A stretch of DNA of 64,000 nt from Sphagnum compactum (Eukaryota), in the NCBI GenBank assembly GCA_965153455.1, contig OZ234493.1:30618213-30682212 (forward strand). Reading direction: 5' to 3'. The notes under the pieces were generated by a model, which did not search any database, was not told where the DNA came from, and saw nothing but the letters and a program-made list of their open reading frames with translations. Every line of letters begins with the position of its first letter. Position 1 is the stretch's first letter. The position numbers and the translations under genes were made by a program. Positions 49,581 to 63,600 of this stretch are shown one piece after another.

Positions 49581-52500
49581 AAAAATATTTTTGACCAATT
49601 TCTATTGATCATCTAAAGTTTTATTTTCAAAAAATCAAAAAAGAAATTAGTTACAATAGGTGTCCTACTTACTATCCATAAATTTGGATACCATCTTTGA
49701 GGATCTAAAAAGGATCATTGCGAAAACCAACCTTGGATTTTCACACAATACATATTGTGTAAAAATTAAATTTATAGCACATATTTTTAAGAAGTATTTG
49801 TCCAACATGCAAGCTATTTGGTTACATAGAATCAGCATAGCTTCTTCTTCTTAAACATGTATCTCAACATTTTTTAACAAAATAGAAAATAGACCAGCCA
49901 TAACTTGTGGTAATCCTTGGTTACAACCAGATTTAAACTATGCCACCAAATTCATGCCTTATAGTAATACCATCTGTAAGGTTGCTGTTGAGTCATGATA
50001 TTGCCAAAATATAAAAGATCTATGAGAAAACCATAATGGAATATAAGAGGGAAAGGGGATGTAATCACCTATCCTCCAAACACAATTTTTTTTTACCTAC
50101 AGCAACATTTTTACAAGACTTATAAACAAAGTCGGCCTCACCTAGTCCCATCCCACCAGAGCCACAAACACAAAATTACATAATAATGAAGAATACCACA
50201 TGTTTGCAACTGCTTTGACTTGTTATTGATGCCCTACAAACCTGCAAAAAATGTGCTTCAATAGTCAATCATAAAAAAAACCACCACACAAATACAATGA
50301 TCCATTCACCTATTCCATTTTCAGTCCCTCAGGTTTACACAAAGATTATACATCCAACCTCTTACAATGTTACTTGTTCACCGATGGACATCTTGGCCAA
50401 CAGTAGTGTGTGAAACCTAATAAGAGCTTATCGATCTCTAAACCTTTGGATACCACAACTTTTTGCTACAGAAACTAGAGTTTACTAAACCAAGAATGCA
50501 CACTCCCCTTGCTTTATAAAGACCTTGTTTCAAGTTGCATAGACCAATGCCCTCAATCAAATCCCTCCACCAAATGTAGAAGTTTACAAAGGTTTGAATA
50601 AATTACTTTAATGTGACTACTTGAGCCCATGTTCCAATAAATATAAGTGCCTAGGGTTTTTTGGTAGTACCAAATGAAAAGTGATGATTAGCTATAATAA
50701 ACAACCATAAAAATTAATTAATTCTACCTACACATCCTTGATCACTCCTCTTCCAACATAAAGATTTTCGTAATAAGCCAACCTTGCTAACTATTATTTA
50801 AGACTACCTTAAACAATACATAATTAATATTCTCAATAGTTCCAGTACGAAAGGTTACCAAAATTATTGGAAAAACTCCATCCCTATATAAAAATCCCAT
50901 ATGGAAATGTATCTAAACCAGGGACCTTAGTTTGCTTAATTGTGTAACCTTCGTTATTTCTTTAAAAAATACAGGCCATGTTCAGCTTATAATTATAAAG
51001 ACTAAACTGAATGTAATATGGTGTCAGTTGTTTTCTTTAAAAAGACCCCTTGTTTGCTGACCAATATTCTTCCCAAACATCCATACTAACACTCTACATA
51101 AACACTTGGGATATGTTACCCAAAGTTTTCCAAAGTATGGTCTAGCTTTGAATGTCCATTACTGATATATGCAAGAAGCTCAATAAGCTTGAGTATTTTC
51201 TTTAAAAAAATTGGCCCCTCTAGGTGCATCCATAATTTTTTTTATAAATTATATCCTTAAAGCCTTAAGGGGTGATTGAAAAACATACTCGATAATTCCT
51301 AGTATACACCCCTCCTCTTGTGCCCAGAAACCTTTGTGGGTTTCATAATTTTACTAATCCTTTGTTTAAAAACCAAGGATTGTTTTATGCTTGAACTACA
51401 TAAAAGAGAATAAGTGTCGTGACTCTACTTCCATTTTTCCCAGAAATAGCAATAATTACAAATTGGAGGCCTTTTTGTGAGTAATGGTGTCCTCATAGTT
51501 TTCACTCAGTTTGTCAAACCGAACTGTCACACCGATCCATCAAACCTTTTTATGGTGTAACCGAATTTTTATAAGGGACATATGTGTACACAAATTTGAT
51601 AAAAGTATGTATAAGTGCAACTATGCCACACATGTTACATATATGTACACATATCTGTATGTGCATATACATGCACATATTTATGTGTAAGCCATTGTAC
51701 AAGTACATAGAGAAAGAGATTCTTGTTGGTTAAGGAGATAGAAAGACCATCTACTTAAAGATAAAGATTTCAAACAAAATGAAAAATATTACAACTTGAA
51801 TTGAAAGGAAATTTTGGCATTTAATCCAAGGTTACAAAAATTACAAGCGGAATACATCATGGGTCTATCATGGGGTTGGTTGGTGCTACTACACATGCTA
51901 TCTTCAGAATCAAAACTAGATGACAAGGAATGGGTTCAACTACATTTCAAGGTTCCATGAACTTTTGCAAGGTTCAAAATTCACCTTCAAATTGCATTTT
52001 GAGGGATTGACTTGGGGCATGACTAGTGGCTACATGTTGGAGGTAGGATTTATGATTAATTTTAACTACCTCTAATGCGTTCCAAGGAACACTCTCACCC
52101 ATAATGAAAAACCAAGGTTTGTTTATTTGACGAAGCTGCCAAAACATTGACGGGGTCAATGGCAAACGAATGAAATGTGTGCAAGTACTATGAAATCTGG
52201 GAGAGAAAGCAACAATTTACACTTTGTTTCCAAGCATGTTTCCAAGAACAGGTTTTGGGTACACAAAGGTTCATTGGGTTTTTGGGTCAGATTAGGGTTT
52301 GCAAGACAGTATGAAGTAGCTGCTTTCTTGTAGGATTGAACTAACTGTGTTTCAATTAAAGTTTACACAAGGTTACAAACTTTGCAACAAAGAGTATAAA
52401 GAGATGAAGCAAACATGGAAAAGACCACACACACAATCAAAATGTTTCCCAAATTGTGAAGTTTTATGCACAATCATAGAAAACCTCATCCTTGTCTACT

Positions 52501-52679
52501 ATGACCATGGCTCTAGAAGGTTAACCCTAACCTAGTAAATGAGTTGCAATGAAATTTGCGTGTCTATTGATGACGTTGCAAAGCCTCCTTCCATTGACAC
52601 TCCTCGTGCACAACAACCTTTTGTTGTCAATCCTTTTGCACAATAATCTTTTGCAATTTAGATTGCATTTTGACTTTTA

Positions 52680-54770
52680 AGCCTACCTCTGCTAAAAAAG
52701 CCCCCAAACCCAACTCATTGAAGTAAATATAAACTCAAAACAAGAATTTTTTTTGAATATAATACAAAATATGCTAGCTCATTTGAGATGGACATACCTT
52801 TTGGTTTCAACTAAAGTCCACATGTTGTAGCTTCTTTAGCCTTAGTCATTATGTCTTGCCGAGTTTGGTCAAAATTCATTCCTTTGTAAATTCACGTAAC
52901 TCCTCATCTGGTTTTTGAAAACCCCAACTTTTCCACCAATTAGGATGAAATGTGACATTGCATACACAACATTTGTTTGATTCTTTCAACACTACACCAA
53001 GGCAGAATGGATGAAAAGTGTGTTTACAAGAAGTAATAACAACATCCATGCAATGAAATCCTTGGTTACAAAATCCACATGGTTTCACTATGACAAAAGT
53101 CCTCCCACTATCCTCTAATGATTTTTCAAAATGCACAATGGGCTTAGGCTTGAAAGCCATGCCCCTTCTTATTTTCATTTTGTCTTGCTAAATTTCAATG
53201 CTTTCCATCTCATTTTGTAATTACTTCATGTGCAACACAAACTTCTCCAACTCCTAATCAAGAGTTTGACAATATGTTTCTGCCTCATCAAACAATGTTT
53301 GGCCTTTAATGGCCATCTCTTGCTTGTCCTCCATCAATGTCTTGCATCTATCCAACCGTCTCTCCATCTTCAAGAGATTTTGAACTTGTTTTGGAGCCTC
53401 TATCCATGTTCTCAAGCTTGTTGCAATTACCCCTACTTTAGCCACATCATTGTTGGGTTCCTAAGAAACATTAGAAGGAAGGATGCCACATAAATAGATG
53501 TGAGAATACATAACTTTAAGTCTAATGTGAGATGTGAAATTAATTCCCTTTATCAAAGCAAAATTCCAAATGAAAAAAACATTGTTAATTAAAGCTTACC
53601 AAGTTGTTGATTATGATTACTTGGTCATGTAGGGTGTTTAGACCTTCTTTGAGTTTGAGAATTGAGGTTTCAAGCGCTTGCACACTAGTATGAGCCTTCC
53701 CAAACTTTGTTTTATGGTCTTCCATACTGTATTGTAACCCCACCAAGTGCTCTATGAGATCCTATTTCTTACCTTGCATATGGAGTAACTGGCCCTTAGT
53801 AATGTTCTTCATGTCATGCTTGAAATCTAATAGTCTGTCCATAGCTTGAATGTCCTCCAAGCTTATAGGTAGATTTAAACTTTTTGTGATGCATGCTTCC
53901 TTAAACACAATTGCATCTGAATCTAAATGTTCAAAATTAAGTCATGGCTTGTCACTATTGAGAATTCAAGTTCAACTAGTTAGGTTTCATTAGTTATTGG
54001 AGTAGGAAACTAGTTATAACATAACTAGGTATTTTCACAAGGTTGAATTACTTGTTTTACTTATATTAATTTGGTTATTTGTGGTTTGGTCTTTTAGTTA
54101 AATATCTTGGTGTTGATGGTTTGGTCATCTTTTTTTCATTACACAAGTTTGTGTATTTCATGTGACAAGAACCTTGAGGAGTTCTTGATGTGATGTTCCA
54201 TGTTGTGAGCATGATGTTTTAGTTTCCTTTCAATAAAGATTTATGTTTGCACTTGACTAGATCTCCTATTTGTTAACAGTCACCATTGCTACATTCTGAA
54301 TTGTTGCAAGGAAGAACTTTTGCTAATGAACCTGTGCTTATGCGCCTTGCTTTTTTTTGAGTAGTAGAAGCAGCAGATCATAATGCTCAGTTAGTAAGAT
54401 GGCCTTTAACATTTGTTATCCAACCCTTAACCATCCATAAGCATAACTCATTATTTGTGATGTGGGTAGTGCCATAAATCTTCCAGTACAGTTTCTCCAA
54501 CTACTTTTTCTGGTCATCTAAAAGCAAAGGATTGCTAATCTTGAACTTATGAACATTGCAAAAAACTTTTGCAATGTTAGTAGTGGTTATGTGTCCATCA
54601 GTAATATCCCCTTTGGAATCTAATCCTGAAGTTGGCAGCTTCTTAACATCCTCAAAAAACTTGGCATCTTGGAACTTATAGTCAACCCAAGGCCATGTTG
54701 GATATTCACTATCTATCTCCTTCTTTCAAGGCTTTTTCTCCTTTCTTGATTCCTTCACCATGCATTGCAC
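52680..54770 (-). pseudogene. Decayed multi-exon gene: unknown N-terminal domain, coiled-coil and RING-H2 finger
   Basis: ORF 52876-53178 has C-x2-C-x13-C-x-H-x2-H-x2-C-x10-C-x2-C (PCGFC...SCKHTFHPFC...KCCVC). Coiled-coil-like ORF at 53254-53445. Upstream fragments such as EKLYWKIYGTTHITNNE carry stops and frameshifts. Confidence 0.7.
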
Positions 54771-56301
54771 CTGAAAAAATGAACATTTTGCAATTTTAAG
54801 GTTTTTTGTTAGTAGATCCTGCATGTATTCAAAATGGATTTATAAACAACTAATAATCTAAACTTTTTGAATAAACAAATGTTAGCTGCAAGTAAATAAC
54901 CTGCAATACTATATAATGTTCAATCTCCCATACCACTCAATTTGCTATTGCCCCAAAAATGTTGACAACTATAATGGTAAATAATGTATAGACTTTCCCA
55001 CATGGAACTTGCAAAATTAGTGTTCTGAAAGTGCCTAGATCAAACCATACCTTGCTTGAACTTTGAATAGCTTAATGCACAGTCCTCAAACACAAGTTGG
55101 AACTCAACTCTAAATCAAAATTTCTTGCTGAAATTGGGAGCTTTGAAAATCCACACACAAAATTAAAGTCAAATTTTCAACATGCCTTTAGGTTTGCTTG
55201 CCATATATGTTTGAAACACACTCAAAAAAATTTAATATAAAGAGTTGCCAGTTTGTCCTCTAACCATGAACAAGTCACCTTGTATGCTTATGCAAACTTT
55301 GAAGTGAATTAGAATTCAAACCCATTGTCACACCAAATATGTTATAAACATTTTATACAACATTGAATCTCCCATGCCACTCCATTTGCTGCTAGTATTG
55401 AAAAGCATCATGTACATTCACAAAGCACCATCAATTGGTATTAATCTAAAACATACTAATTTCCCAAATGGACCTAAATGTTTTTTTGTCCCAATAAATA
55501 AGTGAATATGTAAAATGATGAATGAAGCAAAAGACAATTATAAATATGGGCAAAACAGGAAAATGCATATCTAGGATACTTTTATGCACACCGGAATGGG
55601 TGGGAGATGAGACCCCATAAATTCTACTTGCAAAGAAGAGACAATGCCATCTCAAGGGTGAGAACTGGTCTAAGTACCATTTGTTGCAAGATCCAGGTGT
55701 TTTCCAAATGTAGAAGATCTCCATCACTAGAAAGTCCAGGTACCCTACCTCATCTGTACACTGCAGCTCTAGATAACCATGCCTGTGTAATCATTCATAC
55801 ACAACACACGTGTGAACTGGATCTCACAGAACAAATAGGGTGAAATTTGGAGATGGGATAGGATTTCCTGAGCCATCCTCCAATGCCTGACTAAAGCAAT
55901 CAATTGTGATAAACATGCAGTCAAACCCCTGCAACTCACTGTAGATTACAAGATCTAATGACCTCCCCAACATTGATCTCTGTTGTTTCTGCACATCAAA
56001 CTCCTCCACCAAGGAGAAAGTCAGTGCAGAAAGCAGTCCAATGCACTCTGCCATTTTCAAGTATGTATTCAATGGAAGGCAAGGTGTCAATGATCATGCA
56101 CTTCAGCACAAGACCCAGGCACAGCTAGATTAGATTTTGCAAGCAACTGTGCACATGATTCAACTTGTGCAACAAGAGGACACTCCAAATAATCTGCATT
56201 GGCTTCTGATAGATGCAGAATCTGATGAGCAGAGTATCCACAAGGAATTTAGATGATCAGACACACTGCATTGCCACCTCAATAAGGAAGCCATTGCACT
56301 G

Positions 56302-59297
56302 TTACATTCGTGAAGAGTCGTGCCCAAAGATAAATCTTTTAGTCCAGTCAAACATCACCAATGCCCTCGTGCGCCAGCTCACCTGCTTGCTAGCATAAAC
56401 TGAGTACCATAGCCACATTGTGCTCCGGCCAATTGAGACCCAATCTCCAGGCAGCTCAGCTGCTGCTGTTTCTCCTCCCAATGGAGCAAAAGAACCAAGA
56501 TGCTTGTAACAAAAGGGATGAAACCTATGGTGACCCTGTTCTCTGATACGCAGGGGGCCTTCTGCTGGTTTACCCTGGGCAAAATGGTCAAAAGAGCGGG
56601 CCAGATATGTTCCTTGTTACGCTGCTACCTGAGCAGTGGCGGGCATGCATTTCATCAGGCTGTCAACCTGCATGCCAACATGAAAGTGGGTCAACAGCAA
56701 ATGATTAACTATTCAACACCAATCCCACAATAAGACATTGGTAAGGAAGGGTTCCATCAGTTGAATAGAAGAGGTCAGAGCCCAATCCAAGAGCAGTTAG
56801 GTCTTTACTCCATTACTTTTGATGAACTACTCCAGAATCACATTCCAAGGAGTCCAAGTATTGAACAATCTCTGCTTTCAAGGGTGGGGCATGTAAGCAG
56901 CTGTTACTGTTCTCAAGAGACATGAAGACCACATAGATAGATGCATGAAACAGATTCTGCTAGTTAAGACCATCTTAGGCATTGGACAGCCTGATCTAAA
57001 AGCCACCAAAATCCAGGTGGAGAAGAAATGAGCAAAACTGAAAATTCAACCATGTTTAAGAGGGTTCCATGTGAGTAACCTAACCTTAGAAATTGCTGCA
57101 CTAAAATGTTCAAGGTCAAGCTTTGTAGTGCCTTGATCCCCAGCATTCATAGCCTCACCAAGCAACCCGATCACCCCTTTCATGTGATTGTGATTCATAT
57201 AAAGATCAATCTGAGGATACCGTACACGAACTCCCTCCATGGTGCTCACAAACTCAGCTGCACTCAAGTAGCCATCAATATCCTTATCAGCTAGCTTAAA
57301 AAGATCTGCAATGTCCTCAACAATCTTCCGCTGCTCAACTGAGGCACAATCTCCAAGTGCATAAACTCCCTCACAATTTTTGACACGTAGCCACTCATCT
57401 GTTGCCAGCACCCTGTGATTTTCCTGCCTGATTTGCTTCATAAAATCTGTTATCACTGGACGAGTCCTGATACCTGTTCCAGGTACAGACAAACCTCATT
57501 GCTGAGTACTGTGATTAGGTATTCTCTAATGAGCACACAAGCTGATCTGGAACAAAGAGAAATTCTACATACCTTGTTGTATGTAGAAATTCTTCCTCTA
57601 TTTCAGTTTGTTTGATTATGAGTTTGTCTCTTACAATTCTGTGTATTGTTTCTTTCATAGTTCTGAGCATGGGCAATTTCTACACTATTAGGTTTTTTCA
57701 TATTCACTGCCCTTCACATCTCACTACCTATTGAAGATTGTGACATTCTGGTTGTGCTGCTTGACTGAACAGGAAGTTCTAACATTCAAGATTCCAGAGC
57801 AGCAGATAAGCCATTTACCTGTGGACCACACAATCATACCATATGGCACATCCACAAGCTGGCCTGTGTCTTTAGACTTGAACCTGATGTGCTTGTTGGT
57901 CACCTCAAGGACACGACATCCAATTTTGACATGCACCCTGTCCCTTTGAAACTTTTTCTCTGCAAACTGGCTGATGCGCGTGTCAAATGTGTTGAGGATG
58001 TGGTCCCCAAAATGCACAAGAGTAATGGTGACATTGTCCTTGAGATGTGGGTACAAACACAGTAGATCTTCATGGACCAGATCATGGAGCTCTGCTGAGA
58101 ATTCCACACCCGTTGGACCTCCTCCCACCACAACAAAGCTCAGCAAGTTTCTCCTAATAGAAAAATTCAGGAGATGATGAAATTAGTCCCACCTCCACAA
58201 AACTATGGGAAGAAGATAACGAAAATCGGGCCAAACTGGGCTTAGTTAGGGCAACTCTCTCACGAGCAAAGCGTCTCCCGAGATATCCAAATTGCTGTAC
58301 AGGAAGGTAGGTGGGAAAATCTGACATACAGAGAAGTCTAGACCTGGCGCTCTGTAATCGGACCGACGGGGCTAAAGGTGTTCGTGGCCGGGATTTGAGG
58401 ACGTACCTGACTTCTGGAGACAGGTGAGGAAGGCTTGCAGTTTCAAAGATATCAACGATTTGCTCACGGATCTTTTCCGCCTCTTCAATGTCCTTGAGGA
58501 AGTGACAGTACTCGTCCACGCCTTTGGTTCCGAAGGTGTTGGAGGTGGCTCCCACAGCAATGACTAGGTAGTCGTAATCTAACGCAAATTCCGGTTTCCG
58601 CTCGAAATCCAGTTCCGAAACATCCTTGCAAATCACCTGCTTATTCTCCGGATCGATCTTGATGCATTCTGCCTCGTGGAACTCCGCATCCTTCTTCCGG
58701 ATGATACGACGGATTGGCTGCGTGACGCTCCTCGCCTCCACGGTGCCTACAGTCACACTCGGGAGTAATGGAGTGAAAACGAAGTAGTTCCGTGGTGATA
58801 CGATCTGCACGTCGAAAAGCTTGCAGTCTAGAGTCTTCAGAAAGCTTATCCCGCCCCATCCGGTTCCTAGAATGACAATCTTCTTCTTCTTCTTCTGCAG
58901 GGGATCCTGTGAATCTGCCGCCAATAATGTTACGGATCCCACTTCCTGCCCTGCGTCCGCAAGCACAACGTACAGCTCCTAGACATCCTGCAGTCGCAGC
59001 AGCAGCAACCGCAAAGACATAAGAGGTCCCTCGAACTCCTCCTCTCCGATCTCGTCCGCCAGACAAAACTCTGAAAAAAAAACCCTGCTGCTTCTCACTC
59101 CGCGACGAAGTTGCGGCTGCCGCCGCTTCTCCCGCACTTGGAGAACAGTAATTGCGTGAAGCGCTCGGTCGTCCTCTACCAGCGCTCCGACACTGACACT
59201 GCCACAACTGCTGATCACGGTTGTTGATAGAAGCTGGCACCTTCTTGTTGTAGAACCAAGCTCTTGCCACGGCCCTGAAAAAAAACTCACCAGGCAT
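56302..59297 (-). pseudogene. NDB: External alternative (type II) NAD(P)H:ubiquinone oxidoreductase B with EF-hand, disabled. Exons 59297-58407, 58153-57819, 57473-57085, 56667-56302
   Basis: Motifs IVILGTGWGG, SPRNYFVFTPLLPSVT, FVVVGGGPTGVEF, YALGDCA, EF-hand ADKDIDGYLS..EF, PATAQVAA*QG, WLWYSVYASKQVSWRTR. GT-AG introns in matching phase. +1 frameshift near 58970 and premature TAA at 56619-56617. Confidence 0.92.
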
Positions 59298-59441
59298 TGT
59301 CGCGAGGCTGTAAAGCAGACAAGCACATGACGAGAAGGCAGAACTCCAGTGCGAACAAAGCAAACAGCGACAGAGGAGGAACAGAGTGCAAACTGGCGCA
59401 AGCGGAATCCACAAGCGATCAGATGCTTGCATTCCGACAAG

Positions 59442-60510
59442 CAGCGCACTGTGACGACGAACATGTTTAGATAGAAGACGACGATTCTGCAAATTCTAAA
59501 TACAGGTATTGGGGAGAAACGCAGAAAATGCTTGCGTTTGCATCAGATTATATTCATAATCGGCTTATTACGAGCATTACTTTCATTATTCGGCCGATAA
59601 TATAAGATAATACATCGTCCGTATCTTAATTGTTCCATTCCAGAATTGACCTAGCAAACGCTTCAAACGCTCTGTGTGACAAACAACTTTAGATAGGAGA
59701 AGGCGATTCTGTACATTCTAAATATAGGTATCATGGAAAAAACAGAAAATGCTTGCTTTTCATCAGTTCATAATTGGCATATTAAAGGGCATTATTTTCA
59801 TTAATCAGCCAATAATATAACACAATACAAGGTCAATATCTTATTATTCCATAACAGAATTGACCTGGCCAAAGCTTCGGTTGTTCAGCCATGGACAGAT
59901 TTAGAAGAGGACTAATTCTGCCAATTATAAATATAGGTATCAGGGAAAAAATAGAAAATAACTGCTTTTGCATCAGAGTGTATTCATAATCAGCTTATTC
60001 TGAACATTCTTCTCATTAGTCAGCTGATAATATAACACAATATGAGGTCACGATCTTAACTGGTTCGCACCCAGAATTTGCCTGGCAAACGCTTCAGCGC
60101 CTTGTGACAAACAGCTTTAGAAGATGATCATTCCACAAATTCTAAATATAGGTATTAGAGAAAAACAGAAAATGCCTTCTCTTGCATCAGATTATATTCA
60201 TAATCAGCTTATTCCAAGCAGTCTTCTTGTTAATCACTTGATAACATAACACAATATATGGTCAGTATTGTTCTATACCACAATTGGCCTGGCAAATGCT
60301 TCAGCACAATGTGAGGAACAGCTTTAAAAACGACAATTTTCTACAAATTCTAAATATAGGTATTAGGGGAAAAACAGAAAATGCCTACTTTTGCATCAAA
60401 TTATATTCATAAGCAGCTTATCATAAGCATTCCTTTCATTAATCAGCTTGACAATATGACACAATATGTGGTTAGTATCAAGTGTTCCATACTAGAATTG
60501 GCTTGGCAAA
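59442..60510. repeat. Tandem array of ~5 x 208-222-bp units immediately upstream of NDB
   Basis: Anchor TT(C/A)TAAATA(C/T)AGGTAT at 59494, 59716, 59925, 60140 and 60348. Shared AGAAAAT..GCATCAG..TTCATAAT..GCTTATT..ATAA.ACAATA..AGAATTG.CCTGGCAAA blocks. Confidence 0.92.
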
Positions 60511-60656
60511 AGCAGCTGCTTGTTTGGAAAGTGGAAATTTTTATACCATTCTGGAACCAACAATTCAAGGCACCCAATTTCATGATGCAATGGTATCAGT
60601 ATCAATATGACTCATATGGTACCAGCTGGTATAAGCTTTTGACTCTGGTATGAATC

Positions 60657-63600
60657 CAGTGTCTCATTAGGGTTAATTTTTTAGGGTTTCATCCACTCCA
60701 TGTTGCGCATAACAAAGGCAATTAGTGTTGAAATACGATAACCAGATTGTAGCTATTGAAAAACAGAAAGAAACCAGAGACATGCTTGAAGGTTCAGCAA
60801 GGGAGCAGCCAACATCACTCATAAAAAGGTTTAAGTGCAAATTCAAAATAAGAAAATGGGTACAACTGAAAAAAAATTCTACTCCTTTGTAGATCACATT
60901 GCTCTTGTGCAAAATGCATCATTGATGTAGGCAAAACCAGTGGAAAGAGTACAATGTCAAAAGTCTTATCAAAATGTTTTGGAGTCACTACAAACTTCAT
61001 TACTTTGCATCTTTAAATTACCTAGCATCTTTGAGCTCATTTTCAAAGTCATCTAGTAGCTCCTTTTCAATTGTCATCCCCCAAACAACAAGAGAGCAAT
61101 AACTTCATTACTTTCCATCTTTAAAGTACCTAGCATCCTCGAGCTTATTTTCAAAGTCATCTAGTAGCTCCTCTTCAATCGTCATCCCCCCAACAGCAAG
61201 AGAGCAATAGCTCGTCCTCATGTCACATGGCTAATTCATCAAAATCATAACCAATTTGTCCAAGTTCTCCATGCCCAATTGACACCGTCATAAACTAAAT
61301 TAATATTTTGGCAATGCTAGATATGCGTTCAATTTCAATTTGAAAACCTAGGATACCTAGAAATTGACGACCAAGGAATGCAACATTAGGAAATTGTTTT
61401 GCATGGTCTTTACACCATTGCAAGGGTGATTTTTGTTATCATCCACAAGTTATGTGACGATACAAATACAATTTAAATTTCACCAAAGAAATACTGGTTT
61501 CTTCTGTAGAAGCTGCAACCCTTCACAAGGAGTCATCATTGATGTGCGTTAAAGGAGGAGGGCCTTCCACATGCCTTGGGTTTAGATGTTTGGAACACCA
61601 CCAAGAGTGGCAACAAAACATGCTAGTCATATTGTTTCACAATTGTTGCAGCTTTATCCCAACCTACATATTCCATGATGTATTGTGACCCTTTAAACCT
61701 TGGATTGGGTTGAAGAGTGCACATATTGTGCACAGTAACAACATTAAAGGTCATAACAAAAGCCAAAAAAAGCTCCAACACATTAATCACTTCAAGCACC
61801 ATTCTACCATATAGAATTTTCAACTTTGTGTCAAACTCTCCACACATTAATGGAAGGTTTAATGACGTATGAGCTCAATAGTCTTTATGCATCTTAATAC
61901 AAATGGAAAATGCTACAAACAAAACATTTAAAAGCAACCAATACCTTCTAATTTGGTTCATAATGCACTATTCCACCATAGGGCCAAAGGTTTGTGTCAT
62001 AGTTTTGGTAATTACCCATGTTGAACCAAATGGTACTCGTTTGCAACCCAAAGGTCTGTCAGCTATAGCAAAGGTTTATGGCAACAACATATTCCAAGGT
62101 TTCCTGAAAGAAAACAACCTTGGAAGTAAACCGAGGTTTGATTGGTGCTTTGAATTTTCAGGGTCTCAAGCCAATTTCCTTACATGCCGATTCCCATTCC
62201 TGCCTACCCTTCCCCAACTTCTTTAACCCAACAAACTTGTAATGGTTTTCTACAAAGCACTTTGAGCTTTTACTACATTCAATTCCTTCATCCCAACACC
62301 AATATTAGTATCATTAGTGGCATATTGACATGCTTTACACATGACATGGCCAAAACAAGTGCCACTAAATGGTGCAACAAGTTACAATGGCACACAAGAT
62401 ACAATACTGGTGAATGCAGAAACATGTGTGTTGAGGTTTATGCCTTCATCTTTAACACAAGTAATAATCTTGCTTGTGAGTTCATATTTAGTCAAAAGAA
62501 ATTTCACCTATTTTTCCAATGTTTCAAAAAACCCGACTATAACATGGTAGGGGACCCAAGCATCATTAATAAAATTAATCACTAACGGGAACATATCAAA
62601 ACCAATTCTAAACATCTAAAGGTCAAATGTACCAGTGGATGTATCACATTGTGCAATGGTTAGTAATACATGCATCTTCATCACCTTAGCCAAAATATTT
62701 GGGATATGCCCCTAAATAAATTACTTTCATGAAGGAAATTTGATTCTATCACACTAGCGCATTACAAGATGATGCAATCAAGGATTTTCAACAAAAGATG
62801 AAGGCATGTACCCTTTTACAATCAACAAAACCAAATCTTTTATAAACTTCTTCTGATTTAGATCATTTGGTTTGTAAGGGTTTTAGCCCCAAAAAAAACC
62901 TTTTTTGGATCGCGTCATGCTACTGCTACTATTGGAAACTTGAACATTAGGGTGGCACAACATGCACCTCATGCTCTAGACAAGTTGAATTTAGACATGT
63001 GCAATTGGATCATTCAGTACAAAAAATGCCCAAACAAGGGAAACGTGGCTATGGGACTCTAAAAAATTTGGTTCTTTTATAGCTTAGTGAACAAAACACC
63101 CCATGTGTTTTGTTAAACATCAACTCTTTGAATCACTTTTTCAATTTCTACCTCTACAACGTTAAACGTGTCAACTCCTTGGATCAACTCGCTAGTCATG
63201 CCACTACACCAAAATGCATCATAGTCCACTCTGGGTTTCATTAGATTTTGAGTGAATTTGGACATTTTTTATCATGGTGAAATTAGTCAACCCCTTAGTG
63301 AACTTGAACCAGTTGCTATGGACAGTGAATTGGTTCACTAGTACCTAATGAAACAAGGTTACTTTAAGTGTAATATAAATTTACCAGGCCATTCACTTGT
63401 TAGTTAATTAACTAGGTAGCATGAAAATCAATTAAATTTAAATTATTTAATATATAATATTATTGATAATTTCATGAATTTTTTAGCCTATGAGTTATTG
63501 ACACGTGTCACTACTTAGGTTACGTAAACCATGTAATCAACCTAGGCACCTACTTTAGGGAACTAAATAAGAAAATATTTGGTCAACTTACTACTATTAA

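Noticed and set aside
56617-56619. U-to-C RNA editing or readthrough rescuing the NDB stop
   Set aside because: Such editing is organellar, whereas this is a spliceosomal-intron nuclear gene, and many parallel missense transitions indicate decay.
58641-59492. 283-aa ORF as a separate gene
   Set aside because: From MPGEFF onward it is the NDB targeting peptide running out of frame after the frameshift. The overlapping 58979-59464 ORF is an alternate frame of the same GC-rich exon.
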